A stretch of 64,000 nucleotides of DNA from Balanoglossus misakiensis (Eukaryota > Animalia > Hemichordata), in NCBI GenBank assembly GCA_040954595.2, contig CM082583.2, forward strand, positions 4,393,374 through 4,457,373, given 5' to 3'. Below the pieces are notes generated by a model. That model worked only from the letters and a program-made list of their open reading frames with translations. It had not been told where the DNA came from and ran no database searches. Of the stretch, positions 16,143-32,740 are shown piece by piece (within the stretch, counting starts at the first letter, position 1; each line of letters begins with the position of its first letter). Position numbers and translations under genes: made by a program.

Positions 16143-16182
16143 GTAAGGGTGGTAGTGGTGGTGGTTGTGGTGGTGGTGATGA

Positions 16183-16216
<34 letters not shown>

Positions 16217-16296
16217 GATAATGATGATGATGATGATGATGATGATGAGGAGGAGGAGGAGGATGATGGTGATGGTGATGGTGATGATGGTGATGG

Positions 16297-16352
<56 letters not shown>

Positions 16353-19300
16353 GTAAGGGTGGTAGTGGTGGTGGTTGTGGTGGTGGTGATGATGATGATG
16401 GTGGTGGTGGTGGTGATAATGATGATGATGATGATGATGAGGAGGAGGAGGAGGAGGATGATGGTGATGGTGATGGTGATGATGGTGATGGTGATGATGA
16501 TGATGACGATGATGATGATGATGATGATGATGACGACGATGGGGATGATGATGATTATAATGTACAGTACAGATTTCGTAAACCCTCTCATCAGAGTCAA
16601 GTGATTGTCTTTAACAAGTTATGATGCATGCAGCAAACTTACTGGTTTATGTGCACACAATTGTTATGAATGATATAATAGGGAGTGTACTGCATGTTGA
16701 TCCAGTGCAATTCAATCATTGTGAGAGGAGAGAGTCTCTGACCAAACACAACCTAATGTCTTATTTCTAGGTGATAGTACATGCGAGTTCTGCGATGACA
16801 GCTGTGACACGTGTACAGGGCCCAGTCCGGCAGACTGTCTTCGGTGCAATTTTGCATTCTTTCTGACTTCGGACGGCACTTGCAAAGACCGTTGCGATTC
16901 CGGCTTTTATGAGGACTACTCCAGTGGAATTTGCCAGACCTGCCACCCGACCTGCAGTGAGTGCTTGGGCAGTTCAGAGTCAGATTGTCTGTCGTGTACG
17001 GAAGGTAAGCAATATCTGTGCATCTCATATTTGTTTGTTTGTTTGTTTGTTTGTTTTTTTGCTTAATTATTGGCCAGACCCATGCAGTGTGGTTATTATT
17101 CACACAAATTATAGTTAATCTTTGGTCAAAATGAAAATTAATTCTTCATACCTAAATGGTACACTCTATACTACTTCAGTATTGATTAAATCATACTTGT
17201 TAAACAATGCCATAGTTTTATTGAAAACTTATTTATCCTAACAAATCATTAGACTATGTAGCTATATATTGGCATGCCTACATCTCTTAGCATTCAAAAT
17301 ATAGAAAATAGCGTGAAAATCAGAATAAACAACAAAAAAGTAATAATAATTTCATTTCATCAACACTTATAAATTTTCCTGCCACTGAGATGTATTCTCC
17401 TGTATTTGATTCCAACCAGATCTATTCCTTTATGGAGGCATGCGATGTGTTGAACACTGTCCAGAAGGCTTCTTTGCCGATTCCCGTCAATGTGAGCCTT
17501 GTTCCTTGGAGTGTGGCGATTGTATCGAGGAAAGGGATAAGTGTGTCAGCTGTATTGCTTATACATACCTCTTTGAAGATGAAAGTACACACAGATGTGT
17601 GGACATGTGTCCAACGTAAGTACTCAATTGCAGTGGAATTGTCACATGAGTATATTACGGTATGTTCAATCAAAAGAACAAATATATTTATATAGTTTGT
17701 ATGAAAGTGTCTAGGCATTTTCCAAGAATAGTGTCAATGTTATCAAAAATGATTTTAGTTGATGGTGCGTTTCATAGTTTTATGTAATCTGGTACTCTGC
17801 TGCCAAAATTTAGAAAGTGATTTCAACTGTTTAGTTCAATAAAAACTAACTCAAACTGAAGAAGTACAACATTATCCCCCCCCCCACAAAAAAAAAATAT
17901 ATATATACTTGTGCCAGTACCCAATGTGGAAAAAGTCGTGATGTGGAGCTTAATCGAAGGATTATGTGATATTTTGAACATACTAGTAACTATACATTTC
18001 TACTGCAGTGGCTACACTGAAGATGATGACAGTAATAGATGCATTCAGACCTCAGTTTTATGTCCAGTATATTGTGAATCCTGTGACGAAGACACGGGTG
18101 CATGTACAAGTAAGTGTGACCGATCATTTCCCGATTTTATTCGGCTGAGGCTTCTCCATTGAAACCACTCAAAAATGAACTCTACCAACTCGCTGAACAT
18201 GATTACATTGAGAATTGCTAGAAAACCCATTTTCTACTGCCATTGTCATTTTCATAGCTGAGCCAAATGAAATGACACTCACTAACTAACTGAATTAAAT
18301 CATATGGTCACCATGTTCAATTTGAGATGAACTTTGTTGAATGTGGAAAACCATTGGTGAAAGAAATGCTCAGCGGGATTTTTTTTTAATATCTATTCTA
18401 CCAACTTCATGGTCTTGTATCTCAAAAACAATTAGCACTTGACCCCTATATTTCATTATGGGTTTGTATTATACTTACAAAGGAGCATCCAAAAATCTAT
18501 AATTGAAAGAAATAATAATAATACTTTGGTTTTACTGATTGTACATCCTTAATTTTTGTATAAATTCTACAGTGTGTGTTGAAGGTTTTACTCTGCGCAA
18601 TGGAATATGCTACACAACTGAAGTAGACTGTGATGTGGACGGGTCTTTCTTGATGTGGAGCGACGGCAAATGGGTGTGTGCCGACTGTGATGCTTCCTGC
18701 AGAGCTTGTGTTGGACCCACTGAGTACGACTGCACAGCCTGTCACAGCGGGTCTATATTAGAGGGGGGTAAATGTGCAGTTCAGTGTTACGAGGGAGAGT
18801 ACATAGATGACAAGTCCTCCAGATGTGAAGGTGAGATTCTTGTGCCGGTAACTCTCGATAATTCACTGTAAACTGTCGGTACCAATGCTATAGAAACGCC
18901 ATTGCCATTGACCAAGGTTGATGTAAAATAGTCGTGATGTACTGAATGATATAGGTGTCACTTGGAGATTTTTTAACACTCAAATGGTGAAGGTTTAGAT
19001 CAGATGGAAAGGAAGATCTTGTGAGTTTTCATAATACCATCTATGGACAGATTCAGCTACTTGTATCTGCTCAGGTGACACCTTGTATCGTCATTTACTG
19101 TGTAATAGGTGAAGTGACTATTTCCCCCAGGGAAATAGGCCCTAGTTTCTAGTCACATGACTGATCATGGTCCAGTGTAAGGATAAAGTGTGTATAGGTA
19201 TTAAAGGTATACAGTCACCTCCAATTTACGTACGCGCATATATGGCTCGAATGGCGTATTTGAGTGTTCTAAAGAACATTTGGTGGCACTCTTTTTTTCG

Positions 19301-22300
19301 CTTGTGCCACCCACTGTAAATCTGTGATTGGCTAGATCTCAATTTGCCATGGTAACTATAGCTAATTTTCCATAGGTGACAGTATACCTTTAAGAACAAC
19401 AGAAGATAGCAAGGCTGCATTCACAAACACCTCTGGAGGGGGGGGCAGGAGAATTGAGGGGGGGGATTTGAAAAAATTGAGGGTATGTAAGGGGGGGATT
19501 TGAAATAATTTAGGGACTGAAAGGGGGGGACTTGAAAACTTTGACGACTAATTATTTATTTTGAGTCCACAAAAATGCAGTTTCGCGCCCTTTATTTTAC
19601 AAAATTTTCTAACACCCACCCCCTCCATTTATCAACACCTTTCAAACATTGACTGGTTTATCTAGTGTCCCAGGTCAGGGGACTTGCCCCCACCCCATGA
19701 TAACTTTGAGCGGCGGCGGTTAAATTTGTCCTCCCCAACATACCGGTAGTTGAGTTAATTTGCTTTTGCCAGGTTCATTAAAATGCAGCTTTGAGCTCTG
19801 TATTTTGTAAAATTTTCTTACGTGGGAGGGGGACACCCCCTCCCAAACCCACCCCCTTCAATTCTTGGTTTACAATGTCTCCCAACACAGAATACAGATA
19901 CTTAAAAAATAAAAACAATGTTCAGTTTGAATACCCACTGATGAGGGGAAACATCAGTTTCAAATTCTTTTCATGGGAGCGCTGTTTTTCTTTTTTACAA
20001 GATAGATAGGTGATGTGTTTTGCTGTGTGAAAGAAAATGGGGGGGGGGGGGATTTGAAAATTTTAGCAGTTCGGAAGGGGGGGATTTGAAAATTTTTCGG
20101 GTTGTTGAGGGGGGCATGTGAAAATTAACGGTAAAAAAAATTGAATTCTCCCGCCCCCCCCTCCAGAGGTGTTTGTGAATGCAGCCCAAGGCCGATGTGA
20201 TTTGTAGCTTTTGATTGCCAAATTTTTAGAATGTATCTGACAAAATGCAGTGTGCACCTGAGTTCTGATCAGATGGTAGTGTCCCTGATGCTATTTCATG
20301 ATAATGGGCAAACACTCCTTTTCAAACTCTGACACAGCTTGCCACGCGTCCTGTGAATCCTGTGATGGACCATCGGCAACTGACTGCATCACGTGTCGCC
20401 ACCCCTATCATCTGGATGATGGAATATGCCGCTCACAGTGCCCAACTAGACAGTTTGAGATTAGCGGTGATTGTCGAGACTGTAACGGCAACTGTGCCAC
20501 CTGCGATGGCCCTGGCCATGACGACTGCCTCAGCTGTTCTCCCCCGAAAGTCTGGAAAGGTACGTTTTTCCTTACGTGTTGTGTTGGATAATGTAAGATT
20601 GTACACTGAGTGCATGGTCTGTGGTTGTGGGTGGGCATCAGTCTTATACGGCTTACTTCTGATACAACAGTGCTCCAAATAATATTGATGCTAAAAATGT
20701 TACAGAGTCGCACAAACACACGCATGCATGCACGCACACACAAGCCATGCGAATCTCAGGCATGCAAATTTTTCGCATATTAAGTGGCACACATGCATGC
20801 ACTCATATACAAGTTGAATGTTCCACCAGAGAACATTCCTGTTCTCCATAACCATTTTTCGTGGTTTATAGACTTCACATGTGTGGACGAGTGTCCGGAC
20901 GGTTTCTACGGCAACCACGTGGAGGATGTGGACGGACAGATTGTGCAAGAGTGCCGACGTTGTCACATCAACTGCAAGACGTGTCACGGACCGACGCCCG
21001 ACGAATGCAAAGAGTGTGAACAGCACCTGTTGAAGAAGGAACACGAGTGTGTGACCGAGTGCGGCTCAGGGTAAGCACTGTGTCCAGGTGGTGATCAATT
21101 TGCATCAGTCCGGTCTCTGGCATTCCTTGGAGAACCTTCATTTTCTCAGTGGTGTGTACTTGGCTGTAGCGGAAACTCTACTTCAGTGATGTGCTGACAG
21201 ACCAAGATGAGCAGTGTCTGTCACACAGTTACCTACAGTCAAACCTGTGTTAGTGACCACCTCTTTAAATATAGTGGTCCCTGTGCAATTTACATGTGTA
21301 TTGATTGACCTGTCTATAAAGAACATGTGCCACTGCCATTCAAACTTTGCTTTCTGTAGGCAAGCAATGTGTCAGTGAAAAGTACTAGCTTATACATGTA
21401 TCTCTGGCTAGTCCAAGGTTTTACATCCACCAATTCACTTTTGATACACCATGGGGATATCCAGTTATTTCTCCCGGTGTTTAGCCCCGTCACCCCTGTT
21501 TCCCTCTGTGAAGGTCCAATTTCACCACAGAAAACATTGGATTTTGGACCAGACCAATGTGGCATAAGGGTTGAAATGCAATGACAGATAAAGGCTGACA
21601 GCGAAAAACTTCACAGTGTGACTTGAATTGAAATTTGCACTGAAGCATGTTACAGATGTTTACCGGTGAGATCAAGGGTACCTAATTAGACCTGTGTGTC
21701 TCCCACAGATTTTACACCAAAGACGGTGAATGCCGAGCTTGTCACGTCAAGTGCCAGGAATGCAGTGGACCTGAGATTAACAAGTGTCTGAGCTGCCCCA
21801 ACGACACAGTCCTACAGGATAATCTATGCGTGGATGAGTGCAAAGACAAGTACTATTTGGAAAAGGCCATATCTGAGTGTCTGCAGTGCCATCCGTCATG
21901 TCAAAAGTGCAATGGTAAAAAACAACTCTGCAATTTTATTCCCAACAATCATCTATGAAGTACAAGTGCCTTACTTAAGCAAATGAATGAATGAATGAAT
22001 GAATGAATGAATGAATGAATGAATGAATGAATGAATGAATGAATGAATGAATGAATGAATGAATGAGACAATGTATTGTAATGCGCCACTTTCTGAAAAC
22101 TGTAGCAGAAAATCAGATTGTGTTAAAGTACCTTTGGCCTGGATAAATTTGGAAATAGTCATTCGTTGGCGAGCATTGTTTTAGTCAAAAACAAGCAAAG
22201 AATGGAAATATGTAGAAAACTCTCACTTTGAAGACCTGCCATTGAGATGTATGATTTTCATAATTGCTGTATATATGTCTTGGACAGTCTTGCCAGGTGA

Positions 22301-24197
22301 AGAGTTCTGAACAGTGTGGGATACCATTTTTCCTGATATTCTTACCTCTAAAGACTTGTCAGTGATTTACATATTTGCTGGAGAAAACCAATGCTGAATG
22401 GCTCTCAATAAACAAGTGAAGTTGAAATTTGATGTTCTTGACTTTGCAGGTCCAGGTGCGGCTGACTGTGTCAAGTGCAACCACAATGATATGTTGATTG
22501 ATGGTGTGTGTTATCCGCGGTGTCAGGCGGGATATTACTACAGTGGTGATGCGAATGATACTAACATGGACTCTCAGGTATGTGATAACACTCTCAATTA
22601 CAATCAAACTTGTGTTTGAGGCCACCTCTATTCACTCTGGTACAGTCTCTGTCCAATTTACATGACTTGTGCATTAATTGTTCTGTCTATGAAGACCACC
22701 TGCCTATAAAGGCCAGTTTAGGAAAGTCCCTTGACTGGCCACTTTAGATAGGTGTGGCTGTAGCTGCTTTACTCCCAAAGACTGTATGCGAAGTCCCTTC
22801 CTCTAGAGAGGTCTGGTATCCCCTGCCAAACACACGGAGCCTAATGTCTAGTCGCAAGTGTCATGTATTTAATTGCAAATTGGGGTGGGGTAAATTATGC
22901 AAATTCAGGGGTGTCAACGTGAAGTTGATACAAAACTGTTGTCTGACTCCTTTTGGGAGAGAGTTCGGCAACGTGGAGTAAAAGATTTATCTGTCATCTG
23001 GAAGCATTCAGTTCACAGACATTATAACAATAACTAGTACCTGTGTAATACTTCATAAGTACTCAATATTAATCTCTTGCCGTGAACGCTTCATGTTTTG
23101 CAGGATTGCCAACTCTGCGATGGAACCTGCAAGGAATGTAAAGGACCCGGACCCAAAAACTGCCTGGAATGTGAAAAACCCAGAGTTCACAATAAAAAGA
23201 GCCACCGCTGTGTTTTGTGTTGTGATCCCAATAGTGTGGAAAATGACGATGACGAGTGCTGCAATTGTCATCCTGATACAGGTGAGGGCTGTCGTGTGTA
23301 CTGTGGACAAGTAGTTGGTTTCTTATCTGACAGCCAATCAGCATCGCTGTCTTGGGTCTCTGGCAGTACTCAAACCAGCCAACCAATCAACAAAGACTTT
23401 GTTGTTTAGAAACAGCCAATCAGCGTGACTGTTACAGTTTGATGTGTCTCATACCAATGGGTAGCTAGCCAGTCAGTATGGATTTTGCTGTATGTGAGAA
23501 CAGTCCAATTTACCCTGTCAATCAATCTTGGTTTTGCTCTGTGGGTATCAATGCTTGATCAATGCAAGCAACATGGTTGAATTTCATTTGCTTTCACTGT
23601 AAAGTCCCCCCAATTTTGATATTATTTTGGTTTCGTTTTAGTTTTATAGATATGATCTGCTCATTGAAATATGCTCAATCACTTTTTATCCCAATTCAAC
23701 TCAGCCAGTGTACAAAGGACATAACACATGAATACAGTCAATGAGTGGTGTTATTGCTATTCCCAGATACAGGGTGTGACATCACTTGTAAAAACCAGTT
23801 CTGGAGCATATTTCGATGAGCAGAAAAATATACAAGAATCCATCAAAAGGAATCAACCAAAATAATGTCAAAAGTAGAAAATTAAAAGTCTAAAACACTG
23901 ATTAAATATACTTGATGTTTATTTTCAGGTGAATGTCTGTACAGTCGATCGCTTGCACATGTTACACGTTCCAGTAATAAAAAAGTGATTGGCCTGGTGA
24001 CAGTGGGCGTCATGGCGATTATTGCAGTGTTCCTGGCCATCTTTGGAATTCTACAGTGCCGCTCGAAAAAGACATTTTGTTTCAGTCGTCACTACCATAA
24101 GCTACCCACGTACTACGAAAGCAATTCCGAAGAAGTACGCATGTCGAAGGACTATCAGGATGACGACGTTGAAATTTATACAAAAGACGATATCTAG
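1274..24197 (+). CDS. PCSK5: Proprotein convertase subtilisin/kexin, PC5/6B-like membrane-anchored form (5' exon(s) upstream of window)
   Basis: GT-AG exons read manually: 1274-1378, 4621-4719, 5071-5199, 5436-5512, 6013-6101, 6558-6730, 7157-7375, 7772-7872, 8167-8270, 8810-8927, 9275-9573, 10084-10363, 10712-10908, 11657-11978, 12482-12591, 12954-13053, 13548-13687, 14217-14441, 14969-15328, 15799-15990, 16771-17004, 17420-17615, 18009-18109, 18573-18830, 20338-20559, 20872-21070, 21709-21914, 22450-22577, 23104-23281, 23929-24197. Motifs: prodomain KR and RVKR cleavage sites, catalytic [29 protein letters not shown]-domain RRGD, about 23 CxxxC furin-like repeats, hydrophobic TM ([22 protein letters not shown]), tail with YHKL and an acidic cluster. 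The symbol means PCSK5/6 pro-orthologue; exact orthology is untested. Confidence 0.9.
7395..7455. repeat. (TGTGT)n pentanucleotide microsatellite, intronic
   Basis: Run of gtgtt units just after the donor at 7376. Confidence 0.9.
8457..8670. mobile_element. MITE family C (TACTGTAAAACA...TGTTTTACAGTA), TA-bounded
   Basis: About 19-bp TIR tactgtaaaacatgttatttt / aaaataacatgttttacagta. A homologous copy lies in the opposite orientation at 38182-38395. Confidence 0.85.
10989..11175. mobile_element. MITE family A (TTAA|AGGTATACAGTCA...TGACTGTATACCT|TTAA), Kolobok-like ends
   Basis: TIRs plus TTAA on both sides. Homologous copies at 11422-11591 (inverted) and 19205-19389. Confidence 0.88.
11180..11417. 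mobile_element. Putative piggyBac-type MITE remnant (TTAA|CCCTTT...)
   Basis: Starts ttaaccctttcaccccgagtttcctccatagaggtccaac; similar starts near 21481 and 40008. The right end is degenerate (gtggattaa). Confidence 0.45.
11422..11591. mobile_element. MITE family A, inverted copy, one end eroded
   Basis: ttaa|aggtatacagtcac start; the body is the reverse complement of 10989-11175 (ccaatcacagat, gggtggcacac, gccatatatgggc). Confidence 0.8.
14532..14860. mobile_element. MITE family B, left end truncated
   Basis: Right end gagactttgtccct|ttaa; long internal inverted arms (ttccattaattatgtttgatacaagacacc / ggtgtcttgtatcaaacataattaatggaa). Confidence 0.85.
16012..16560. repeat. Compound (GAT/GGT/GAG)n trinucleotide array, intronic
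   Basis: About 550 bp of gat units with ggt and gag interruptions; source of the poly-M and poly-I ORFs. Confidence 0.95.
19205..19389. mobile_element. MITE family A copy
   Basis: ttaa|aggtatacagtcacc ... ggtgacagtatacct|ttaa. Confidence 0.88.
19413..20186. mobile_element. Non-autonomous DNA element, PIF/Harbinger-like
   Basis: About 30-bp TIR ggctgcattcacaaacacctctggagggggg / cccccctccagaggtgtttgtgaatgcagcc, 3-bp flanking duplication CAA, GG..CC termini, and repeated G-run+atttgaaaa subterminal motifs. Confidence 0.8.
21234..21424. mobile_element. Tc1/mariner(pogo)-like MITE, degenerate
   Basis: Starts tacagtcaaacctgtgttagtgaccacctct; related to 22599-22762. Right boundary approximate. 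Confidence 0.55.
21982..22064. repeat. (GAAT)n microsatellite
   Basis: Direct reading. Confidence 0.95.
22599..22762. mobile_element. Tc1/mariner(pogo)-like MITE, degenerate
   Basis: tacaatcaaacttgtgtttgaggccacctct ... ggccactttagataggtgtggctgta; TA-bounded imperfect TIR; homologous to 21234. Confidence 0.55.
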
Positions 24198-24834
24198 TAA
24201 ACTCATTCACCTTTTCGTACGTTGATTTTATACAAGTATCTTAATTTTGTACATGTCAGATATTTTTTCGATAACCCGGCCAAAACGTCCAGAAATGATG
24301 TTAGCTTTTGAGTTCATTGGTTTAATTCAGGGAATGTGGTGTACTGCGTCAAAAAGTTTAAAAAAATGTGTGGAAGAGATGTTTACAATTGTCAACTTCT
24401 CTCAACAACATTGGTGCACAAGTGAAGGGAAATGTGCATCCATGTTTAGTCGAGCTTTATTTTTTAAGATTTGTGTAAAAAATGATTTCTCATGTATTTT
24501 TGTGTTTATAAATTTCTAGGGGGAGTGTGTGTATTTTTCCTGACGACTTGACTTACATCTATGCACAAACAAGTTTGATGTTAAAAATAATCTACTTTTA
24601 TGGGAGAGGGCCTCATGTTCCATTGAAATGGTGGCAATAGTTGCTTGTGTGGTATCCTGAATAGTTCTTCTGTCTTACTAAGTTTCTCACAGTGGCATTA
24701 ATATTAATTTGAATTAAAATAAGAAAATCATAAAGAATAAAACATATCAGGATAGTAACCATAATCTTTTTAAATCAAGTGTAGCTAAAATAAATTTGTG
24801 CTGTACTGAATTTCATTAATTATGCAGTGTTTAA

Positions 24835-25168
24835 AGGGACAAAGTCTCTCTCTCGCTGCCCTTTTTTCATTAATTATGTTTGATACAAAACACTGTTTAT
24901 GTTAATCTAAATGTGGATATATATACCACGCACAACTTCAATTCCGTTTGCACAATATGAGAGTATAAATCTCACCAAAATGAATAAAGGGTAGAGACCG
25001 ATTATTCATGTTGGCAAGATTTTTCACTCTCGTGTCTACAAGTGGTATGGAAGTTGTGTGTGGTCGAACGTTGATTCACTATAAATCCACATGTAGAATA
25101 ACATAAACGGTGTTTTGTATCAAACATAATTAATGGAAAAAGGGCAGCGAGATAGAGACTTTGTCCCT
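24835..25168. mobile_element. MITE family B, full length (TTAA|AGGGACAAAGTCTCT...AGAGACTTTGTCCCT|TTAA)
   Basis: Long TIRs, TTAA at both sides, and a 19-bp flanking direct repeat; four copies in the window. Confidence 0.9.
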
Positions 25169-28100
25169 TTAATTATGCAGTGTTTAAGAGATATGATTTT
25201 AACTACAGTGTTGCGGCAATGCAGCATGCATAGATGTACATACAGGATTTCTGTTCACTTTTCTGCTACAGTGGTGTGGGAAGTGTTTGTGAACTTTGGG
25301 CATGTGTATGTCATCCATCAACTAAAGTGAGAAAATGTTGTCAATGTGGATACCAACAAAATTATCAAAAGGGACAGTTATTGTAAGCATCTTTCCAAAC
25401 CAGATAATATATGCAACAGTCTAATATATATTAAGAGGGACCATATTATTCTATGTAACTTAAAAAAAATATTGGCAAATTGAACAAAGATATAACATGA
25501 ACTAATATATTGTTAATGGTGAAAGAGAATGAGCTGAAAATAGTCTTTTGTATTACATACAGGTGTGTGGCTGAAAAGTCATGGCTGCTTTGTGCACTGT
25601 AATAATAAATATCCAAAGGTATGAAACAGAATCTCCCTATCAACATCAATAGAACAATTTTGACCTACGAATTTGTAATAAAACTGCCAAGATGTGTTCG
25701 ATGTTTTTAGTACAGGATAGTTGGGAATTTCATGCCTAAAAATAATTGGGTAACAAATTATACGTACCAATTTCTTTGCGGTTTGAGTATGAACCAACAA
25801 AAGTTGAAAATATTAGAGTGCACAGTGTACATTGTGAGTGAGACTTTTTAACACTCCCACATGTGTTTTGTACTCCCAGCTCTGAAAACTGATTGATAAA
25901 CAGTGTCTTAAATCATATGTCAAGATTTGGTTTGGATTCCTGTGGATTGTATGAATGAATTTGGTTGATCCAGTTTTGAGGTCCTATACTGAAAATCATA
26001 TCCTATGCAGGCACTAACACAGGTACTGTCTTGTCTTTCTGAAAACAGTTTTGATTATTGAACACCCCTTGTATTAAAGTCCAGTCTTCCACACTGAAAA
26101 CACTTTTGGGGAGATTCAACCATTTAAACCTTAAAGAGAGGGAAGATTACCGACAGTCAGGTTTTATATTTTCGTATATGAATGATCCCAGTGTAATGTA
26201 TTTATATATTTTTTACTTAGTTCTAAACCTTTTGAGCAGAATTTGATGACATTCTGAGCAGAATTTGATGTTACAGTTTCTCAATATGCTTCTGTGGGCT
26301 TTCTGAGAGAAGGAAGTTAGAATTGTGAATCATGTATGCAACTGTGAAGGCATTAAATTTTAGCCACACCCAAGTAAATGACCGAATTCTATGCTTGGAA
26401 TTACTTGTAAAAGATAGTTGATTCCTGTACTTAACTCTACATATGCAGATTAGTCCTATGATTGTATGCATTTTCAATATACACATGTATAAAAAGTAAA
26501 CTCCAATGAAACTAAGATATGGCATCTTGCATGGTACTTCATATTCAACTTTGACAATATGTGTGAGGGTGAATTATTCAAAATCAGGTGACTGCAATAA
26601 TGGTTGTTGATTATCATAAATGTACATACCCCATACTGTGAGTTATCTATGGTTGAAGACTAAAATATAACCCAAGTAAATTCTAAAGGGAACCTCTAGA
26701 CATAGCTACAGATGAACACCAACTGTAGTAGTGTGTACCATTCAATTGTTGAACAAACAAAACATATAATTGTGTGATTTTATTTTTACTTATCATCGGT
26801 GATTTTTCTCCTGAGCGAAATTCCTGTTTGTGCACTGAGTTTTAAAAACTTTAATTTTTAATGCTATCCCGACCTCAAGGAAAAGTTTATGAAATTTTGT
26901 GTGACAGTAGCCAATATAAAAGCATAGCACACAGTGTTGCCTATAGACTAATATGGATGCAATTTAATATACAGAATCAGACATGCAAGAGTGAACAACT
27001 CAAAGGATATTATGTGTCTTTCATTGTCTTGTTATATTTCTCTTTTGTTCTTCGGTCTTGGTATCTTGAGGGGGTAAGCATTTTAAGGGGATATGTTTAT
27101 TCTGAAATAGTGTATTAGTGATCATTTAGTGGTTATGTTGATGAACTAATGAGATTGGAATAATCTCTGGTCCTATGCAATCTCTCTAACGTTATGAAGA
27201 TGCAAGTAAAATCAAAGACTTTTATAGTCACATATTTTTTTCTGCTAAGAGATATTTACAAAAAAATTACATGTAAAAGGGTGATATTCAAACTTGTGTT
27301 GCCTAAGGTGCTGAGCGCCCTCTACGGGAAGATATACAGATACTTTTTTTACTGTGTAGCAGAACCGTATATGGTTTTTATCCCGCCTGGTGTAGATTTT
27401 GGGGAAATTTATCAAACGTTATTAACACCTTGAGTATTTATTTTTTTCCATTCCTGACTTGAATATCGAATGAATCAATTTTGAAACATCCACGCAATGG
27501 CTGTTGTGTTGTTTTAGAGATTGTCACACTAGTGCTGTATACTTTGATGAAAGAATTTTCTCTTTTTCCCCTCTTCTTTTAATTTGTCTGTAATTACATG
27601 TATGATGTCAAACAAATGATGCAAGCAAAACAATTATGGAAGGCACATTTTTGTGATTATGTCACTTTGAAATAAAATAACTTTTGGATAAATCCTGTGT
27701 ATCATGACGTTTTTGTTCACCCATTCCATATGTCAGAATAGAGAAACTCATAATATTGAGCTTATTAAGATGCAATTGCAAGTGCTAGTATATATAACCT
27801 TTTTGGTTGCTACCCCACTATTATCCAGTCCAAAGCTGCTAATAATTTAGCTCCTAATGAAAAACAATTCACCACCAAATCGTTCACCTACTAATATGGC
27901 ACTCATAAAGTTGCTAAAAGTCCGTTCTAAATCTTCTAAATCTTTTAATTGCTAATATCCGGTAACCAATCAAAAAGCTGCTTACATGCACCAAAAATTT
28001 TACCAATTGGTCGCATGCAATATAAAATATTTTAGCAAACAATGATAAACTTTTTTATTAAAAGCAAAATAATGAGAACATGCCGACATAATATGATTTT

Positions 28101-28185
28101 GATTATAGTAAATAATTTATGATATTAAATAGCAAAAACTTCGTTTTTGCGGAGATTTCACCCCATGTGACCTCTATATATATAC

Positions 28186-28278
28186 ACGTGCCAAATAGCA
28201 GCGCAGCCAGCGGTAGAAATGAGGTAGGAATGACTTGCGCAGAAACAAATGCGCACAAGTTGTAGTCTGCAATCAGAA

Positions 28279-28286
<8 letters not shown>
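28186..28286 (+). promoter_or_regulatory. Putative IDH3A proximal promoter motifs
   Basis: CACGTG E-box, two TGCGCA (NRF1-like half sites), ttgtagtc (ACTACAA on minus strand), and aaatggcg (YY1-like) over the ATG; locally CpG-richer. Motif matches only. Confidence 0.35.

Positions 28287-32740
<4,454 letters not shown>

Noticed and set aside
15983-16604. 205-aa poly-Ile and 196-aa poly-Met ORFs
   Set aside because: Translations of an intronic (GAT)n array.
26232-26271. Short direct repeat tgagcagaatttgatg x2 (similar cases at about 8098-8133 and 29549/29669)
   Set aside because: Only two units, consistent with local slippage or repeat debris; no spacer array, not CRISPR-like.
24198-28200. 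Hidden gene between PCSK and IDH3A
   Set aside because: Only short motif-less ORFs; looks like a long 3'UTR (AATAAA candidates at about 24736, 24788 and 27671) plus intergenic DNA.
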